Shown: in pieces, positions 59,423 through 64,000 of the stretch
How the letters are laid out: each line of letters starts with the position of its first letter
Position numbering within the stretch: position 1 is the first letter of the stretch
From: Candidatus Bathyarchaeota archaeon
GTDB taxonomy: Archaea; Thermoproteota; Bathyarchaeia; Bathyarchaeales; Bathycorpusculaceae
Direction: 5' to 3'
Assembly (NCBI GenBank): GCA_963739305.1
Contig: CAVTZU010000028.1
Location: forward strand, 32,001 to 96,000
Length of the DNA stretch: 64,000 nucleotides
Notes under the pieces: generated by a model
Database searches by the model: none
Seen by the model: the letters and a program-made list of their open reading frames with translations, nothing else
What the model was told of the DNA's origin: nothing
Program-made: the position numbers and the translations under genes

Positions 59423-59444
59423 GTGCGGGGGGTGGGATTTGAAC
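59423..59444 (-). mobile_element. tRNA 3'-end fragment (Leu-like); probable att site
   Basis: Minus strand GTTCAAATCCCACCCCCCGCAC = T-loop plus acceptor 3' strand; the rest of the cloverleaf is absent. Confidence 0.7.
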
Positions 59445-59515
59445 TCGCCCCGAGCCAGCGTTTCTGAAGTATTACGAAACGACTCCCGCAAATTCCCCCT
59501 TTTTACAAATCTATG

Positions 59516-59662
59516 CTATAGCTTTTGAAAACCAATCATAGAGTCTGAAGCCGGGATAACTTCTTTAACTTTTTTCCAAGGAGTTTTCTTGACATCTGCT
59601 TCAAGATCGTCTTCAGCTTCAAAGATCTGCAGCCATCTTTGGAAATGGCTTTCATCTGACAC
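59516..59662 (-). CDS. 48-aa hypothetical protein
   Basis: MSDESHFQRWLQIFEAEDDLEADVKKTPWKKVKEV.., manual translation. Confidence 0.35.
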   Translation of the reverse strand: MSDESHFQRWLQIFEAEDDLEADVKKTPWKKVKEVIPASDSMIGFQKL

Positions 59663-59751
59663 TCAAGACTAACTTCGTATCGGTCTCGAATTAGACTAAG
59701 AGAATATGGGATAAAAAAAAGGAGGGAAGCGATTGATTTCCAACAGTCGAT

Positions 59752-60510
59752 CTACATGATATATGGCAGAAGTCTTGGCAGGATGTCGCCCAAAGCTCTG
59801 TAGACAATGTATGTTAGGGTCGTTCCACCGAGAAGGTAACCTCCGTACTGAGTGAATTGGGACATGAGGCTCTGAGCATAGTTTGCTGCAGTCCAACAGT
59901 TGATTGCCGAACAAGCTTGAACGAAGAACATTTGTAATTGTTGGTCAAGGTATGCTTTGCAGAGGTTAATTGATGATAGGCTGCCTGAGTATGCTTGAAT
60001 ACACCGGCTGTTCACACAGGAATAAGCTGTGAATGAAATCTGTGCTTTGCAATCCCAAGTAGTAGTTCCGACGACAGTGAAGTAGCCTATCAGTGAACAG
60101 GGCCATCTTCCGTTCACGTTGGACCACCTGTAGAAATCCATTTCAAGGACAAGATTTCCGTTGCTCTTAGCTGTTATGTAGATTTCACTTCCATCAGGAC
60201 GCCAATATCCACCAGAGATGGTAAATGTCGCATGAGCCGATTGAGTCATCAAGAGACCTAGGATAAATGGCAGCAATGCGAAGGCCAACACCCGAAATGC
60301 CTCAGTTGCTTTCAAAATTCTTTCCTCCTTCGATTTCTTGTCCAGTCTGTTCATTTCTGGTCCCGCTAGGACCGTCGCCTTGAGGTCGGCTGGACAGACT
60401 TGCTTGAACCCTGTTTTTGACCTCCCAGTTGCCGCCGGCGGTTGAGGCCAGGACACATTTAGACGCCTCTTTTCGAACTGGGTTTTCAGAAAAACTGGAG
60501 CGAACAGCAC
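59752..60510 (-). CDS. Secreted Cys-rich protein with hydrophobic C-terminus
   Basis: Signal-like LAFALLPFILGLLMTQSAHA; 7 Cys in the mature part; the true start is probably near 60354. Confidence 0.6.
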   Translation of the reverse strand: MLFAPVFLKTQFEKRRLNVSWPQPPAATGRSKTGFKQVCPADLKATVLAGPEMNRLDKKSKEERILKATEAFRVLAFALLPFILGLLMTQSAHATFTISGGYWRPDGSEIYITAKSNGNLVLEMDFYRWSNVNGRWPCSLIGYFTVVGTTTWDCKAQISFTAYSCVNSRCIQAYSGSLSSINLCKAYLDQQLQMFFVQACSAINCWTAANYAQSLMSQFTQYGGYLLGGTTLTYIVYRALGDILPRLLPYIM

Positions 60511-60522
60511 ACAGATCGTACA

Positions 60523-60798
60523 TCAGTCGGTCCCTCCAATGTAACCTTGAAGCTCATAGTCTTCTTGCAGTTTCGCAGATGATCGTCTTCTTTTGATAAT
60601 AGAGACTTTTTGAATCGAAACTATTCTGTTTCCTTTGATTTCTGTCTCATAAGCTCGTTCACCGTGATCATCTAGCAAAATAACTTTAGCAACTGTTCGG
60701 TCGTTGTCACTCGCGGTACCGTCTGAGGTTGCTATCAGTATGCTGTCAGTACGTGCCCCATTCTGAAGTCTTGGCCTTTCCTGGGCATTCTGTTTCAA
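60523..60798 (-). CDS. Hypothetical protein
   Basis: 91 aa ORF in tandem with its neighbours. Confidence 0.5.
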   Translation of the reverse strand: MKQNAQERPRLQNGARTDSILIATSDGTASDNDRTVAKVILLDDHGERAYETEIKGNRIVSIQKVSIIKRRRSSAKLQEDYELQGYIGGTD

Positions 60799-60863
60799 TT
60801 TTCATCCCTCGCTGATCTGAGCGGTGAAAACCCAGCAAATCTGATTCATCTGTCAGCCACCGC

Positions 60864-61049
60864 CTACCTTGTGTACTGGGATGGATCTGGGATGGTTCTG
60901 TCACTAGCACTCCCGATTAGGAGGGCTATCTCTGCCATAGCCATTTGCGGAAAATCTTTGAGAACGTCAAGTCTGCCTGAGAAACCTGTGGCTACCACTA
61001 TGTCTTCGTAGAATATAACATAGTACTGAAGCACGGGCGTTATTTTCAT
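60864..61049 (-). CDS. Hypothetical protein
   Basis: 61 aa ORF. Confidence 0.35.
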   Translation of the reverse strand: MKITPVLQYYVIFYEDIVVATGFSGRLDVLKDFPQMAMAEIALLIGSASDRTIPDPSQYTR

Positions 61050-61440
61050 GATTCTTAGGATGGCTCCATCTTTGTCGGCAGTTGGCGAAAGTCAACATTG
61101 CGGCCTTTCGTATCATCCTGTCCCTGTGGGTCATCAAGTAATTTCTTTGGGCTATATCGAGATCGAAACTGATTTTTGCGCTAAATTCAACCAATACGTT
61201 TGTCATTTTTCGTTCCCAAATCCTGATGATGTTATCGAGTAAACATAACGATGTCCCACACAAACGGTGGATGTGAATAACCTTTGGTGTCGCGATGTAA
61301 CAGAAATCTTGAAAGCAACGTGAAAGGTCACAGCATGAAACGAAATGTTGAGAGACACGACGAAATGTTGCAGAATTGAACAAAATGTCAATCAATGCGA
61401 CTTTATGCAGCCTTAATCCTATTCAGGGCGTTGGCGGATA

Positions 61441-61893
61441 TTGATGCGTGCAGGGATCAAAATGAAACGAAGTTGCTCTAGAACCTTGCTGATGCACTTG
61501 AATGTTGTCACTCTGCCCCGACTCAAAGGAAACTTAGAATCCGTCTTTGCTGATGATGAACAAGACGCCAAGCATCTCGTTTCAGATGCTAAAGGGTTCA
61601 GCAATGTGATTATTCTTAGGAAGGTCGAGTCCATTGATGGTGTATTCGTAAGACTGCCCAACGGGCAAAATATCGGCTCGTTAGGGGTGATGTTGGATTA
61701 TCTGGAAAAATCACATGTTGATGTCGGCGCGTATAGTAATGGCAGAGAATGTCCTTTTTATCGATTCGTCTACACTGATTTTTACGGTCCTAAGCAGGTG
61801 CGCAAGAAGATTTATGAGGTCGTGGCTCCCTCAATAGCTTCACTCGAGCCATGTTACTCGTTCCTCAAGAAGTACTTTGGTGGTAAAGATTGA
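61441..61893 (+). CDS. Hypothetical protein, translationally coupled to the next gene
   Basis: Stop overlaps the TTG start at 61890. Confidence 0.6.
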   Translation: MMRAGIKMKRSCSRTLLMHLNVVTLPRLKGNLESVFADDEQDAKHLVSDAKGFSNVIILRKVESIDGVFVRLPNGQNIGSLGVMLDYLEKSHVDVGAYSNGRECPFYRFVYTDFYGPKQVRKKIYEVVAPSIASLEPCYSFLKKYFGGKD

Positions 61894-63695
61894 CCGAGGA
61901 AAAAGCTGAAGCACTTCCGATAGACTATTTTGCGTCCATTGGAATTGGAAATCGAATTCTTAAGTTGTTGCGCGATATTCCCTTTGAAGAAGCTCGTTTG
62001 GGCGGATATACTGAAACTAAGTTGAAGAAACTTCTTTCAAATTACAGACGACAGCTGATTGCGAGGAATTTGGTAAGATCAACAAAACCTGCACAAGAAG
62101 AACAGAAGTCTGAAGCTTCTGGGAAAGAGTCGAAGAGTCACGGCAAGAGGTCGCTCTATGAAGAACTTGAAGCACTGGAAGAATCATGTCAAATAGAAAT
62201 TCGTAGGGAAGAAGGAGAACCTCCTCGTTACAGCTTGAGTAACAATGCGCTATTCTACATTCATAGTCTATTTCCAACCGCACTGAATTTCCATACGGTG
62301 GCGGAGAGATGCATAAAAGCCCCATCGTTCAAATGGAGCCCACGTCCAATAGGAGAGTCTGAACTCCTTCTGGATGAGATAATCTTGGTCCCAGGTTCTC
62401 TGATACTTGCAGGGGAACATAGTGTATTGCTGGGTCAGCCTGCCATAGTCTTACCAATACCTCTCCATGTAATGGTTCACGCGACGGTTTACCAGTGCAA
62501 AAAGACCACGGAGGTTATTAAGCTCCCCCCAACATTCCCATCTCCGAACTCTTTGATCGGAGAAATAAGTACGTTTCCAGGAACGCCAGAACGCAGTCGT
62601 ACTCAAGATTATAAATTCAACGAGCAAGTGAAGTCGGTTGTGGATCTATTTCAGAAGAAATTAATAGCCTTTAACGAGAGCTCAAATTATTATGTCGTGC
62701 TGGACATCCGGAGTCAAATCCCCCCTTCTGTCGGTCTCGGTAGCAGCGGAGCATTATGTGCTGCCTTGGCAATCTTGCTTGATCGCATAAAATATTTCGG
62801 GGACAAAAGTCCAATCGATAACCTAAATCAGAAAGATCTGGGCAATCTGTTCGACGACAAGAAGTCTAGACTTATGGAGATATTTCTCAACGCATCGGAA
62901 TTCGAAGCAGTTGTCCATGGAGAAAGCTCCGGAGTTGGACCGTTCGCCAGCTTGGTCGGAGACGACTGTTTCACGCCTTTATGGTATGATTTAGGTGTCA
63001 GACCGGATGATAAAGTTGCCAAAGGAAAAAGTCGACTGAGTCAACACTTGAATCGAAGGAACAAAGGAGCGAAGTGCACATTAGACCTGAAATGTAAGAG
63101 AGGATCTGAAGAGGCCAGGAGATATCTGAGCAGATATTTGGGATTAGCCGCTGTCTATACGACTCAAAGTCGTCCAGAGCTAAAGTCAAAACAAGCCGAA
63201 TCTTCGTACTGGCATTCTTTAGGAAGACCTGACTGTCGCCGCGATTTCTTTGCGATTACACAGAAGTTGTGGGACAACTTATGCCATGTAAACAAAGAAA
63301 GCGAAGCTGATGATGACATACAAGATGTAATCACTTGCGTCAATCTTTTCGGAGGGTATGAAGAGGGATATCTGAAGATGTTGCGCCAAGAAAGCGAAGC
63401 GACGCCTCGAGAACTAGTATACCACATGCGCGGATTCGGTCTAGGGGCAAAGTACGTAGGCGTAGGTTTTGGGGGAGATATTGTTGTGATTGGCCGAAAG
63501 GAGAAGTTAGGAATGATGCTATTTCCAAGTTACTTCCCCGTGCACTTTAGCAGTGTAAATCTCACTGACGACGAGAAAGTAACTCCTTCGATAGACGTGA
63601 AAGCACGGCCATTGATAATTCAAAAAGACAAATTCGTGGAAGAACTCATGCCCCAATTCATGAAACGCGCCCAACGGGCTTATTTGAGCTACTAG
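61890..63695 (+). CDS. GHMP (mevalonate kinase-like) protein with about 165-aa N-terminal extension (possible winged helix)
   Basis: PGSLILAGEHSV, SQIPPSVGLGSSGA, EAVVHGESSGVG, GAKYVGVGFGGD. Confidence 0.85.
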   Translation: MTEEKAEALPIDYFASIGIGNRILKLLRDIPFEEARLGGYTETKLKKLLSNYRRQLIARNLVRSTKPAQEEQKSEASGKESKSHGKRSLYEELEALEESCQIEIRREEGEPPRYSLSNNALFYIHSLFPTALNFHTVAERCIKAPSFKWSPRPIGESELLLDEIILVPGSLILAGEHSVLLGQPAIVLPIPLHVMVHATVYQCKKTTEVIKLPPTFPSPNSLIGEISTFPGTPERSRTQDYKFNEQVKSVVDLFQKKLIAFNESSNYYVVLDIRSQIPPSVGLGSSGALCAALAILLDRIKYFGDKSPIDNLNQKDLGNLFDDKKSRLMEIFLNASEFEAVVHGESSGVGPFASLVGDDCFTPLWYDLGVRPDDKVAKGKSRLSQHLNRRNKGAKCTLDLKCKRGSEEARRYLSRYLGLAAVYTTQSRPELKSKQAESSYWHSLGRPDCRRDFFAITQKLWDNLCHVNKESEADDDIQDVITCVNLFGGYEEGYLKMLRQESEATPRELVYHMRGFGLGAKYVGVGFGGDIVVIGRKEKLGMMLFPSYFPVHFSSVNLTDDEKVTPSIDVKARPLIIQKDKFVEELMPQFMKRAQRAYLSY

Positions 63696-63708
63696 AAGAA
63701 TAAAGACC

Positions 63709-64000
63709 TTGTCAAAAGTCACGGTAGTGTCTCATCCAATTCAAGGTTTGGTCAAATATCACGGTCTCAAAGACCCTTTGAAAAGAATACCTTTTCATGA
63801 TTCTATATCAGTCTGCGTGGAAGGTCTTGCAACAAGAACCACGGTCGAAATAATGGAAAATAATGCTCCCGATTACATTTGGATTAATGGTTTCAGCCTT
63901 AAGGGTTCAGCAAGAAGACGCGTTGAACTTGTTCTAAACATACTGAGAAGGAAAAGCCCGAACCAAATGCGGGATAAAGATTGTGTCGCAAAACAATATT
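63709..64000 (+). CDS. mvaD: Phosphomevalonate/diphosphomevalonate decarboxylase, N-terminal part (probable +1 frameshift at 63952-63955)
   Basis: Manual translation MSKVTVVSHPIQGLVKYHGLKDPLKRIPFHDSISVC matches the haloarchaeal-type HPIQGLVKYHG..P(Y/F)HDSISV motif. Confidence 0.88.
   Translation, partial: MSKVTVVSHPIQGLVKYHGLKDPLKRIPFHDSISVCVEGLATRTTVEIMENNAPDYIWINGFSLKGSARRRVELVLNILRRKSPNQMRDKDCVAKQY

Noticed and set aside
59423-59460. Functional tRNA gene
   Set aside because: Only the T-loop and acceptor 3' strand are present; there is no D or anticodon arm.
1-64000. CRISPR array or cas genes
   Set aside because: No regularly spaced repeats with unique spacers and no cas motifs seen.

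Overview
Archaeal chromosomal DNA, most likely Bathyarchaeia. This is inferred from the gene set: eukaryote-type topoisomerase IB, form III RuBisCO with AMP phosphorylase and R15P isomerase, an Ftr homologue, archaeal EF-1alpha/uS7/uS12, and PEF-CTERM proteins. There are three zones. (1) About 0.5-21.2 kb is a mosaic accessory region around EF-1alpha. It holds a tyrosine recombinase, an MTase-nuclease fusion, an RloC/Rad50-like ATPase, a stand-alone LAGLIDADG protein, an eS31 paralogue and several pseudogenes. Alternating (GC)n tracts mark many gene ends, one truncation point and two apparent in-gene domain junctions. It also has a 2.3 kb segment bounded by attL/attR-like sites and four 18-bp palindromes arranged in two pairs. 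(2) About 21.2-59.3 kb holds intact housekeeping and metabolic genes plus tRNA-Ala(GGC). (3) From about 59.4 kb a probable integrated element starts at a tRNA 3' fragment. It carries a mevalonate-kinase-like protein with a long N-terminal extension and missing catalytic residues, followed by a haloarchaeal-type phosphomevalonate decarboxylase. All calls come from reading motifs by eye; no searches were run. No CRISPR array or rRNA was seen.
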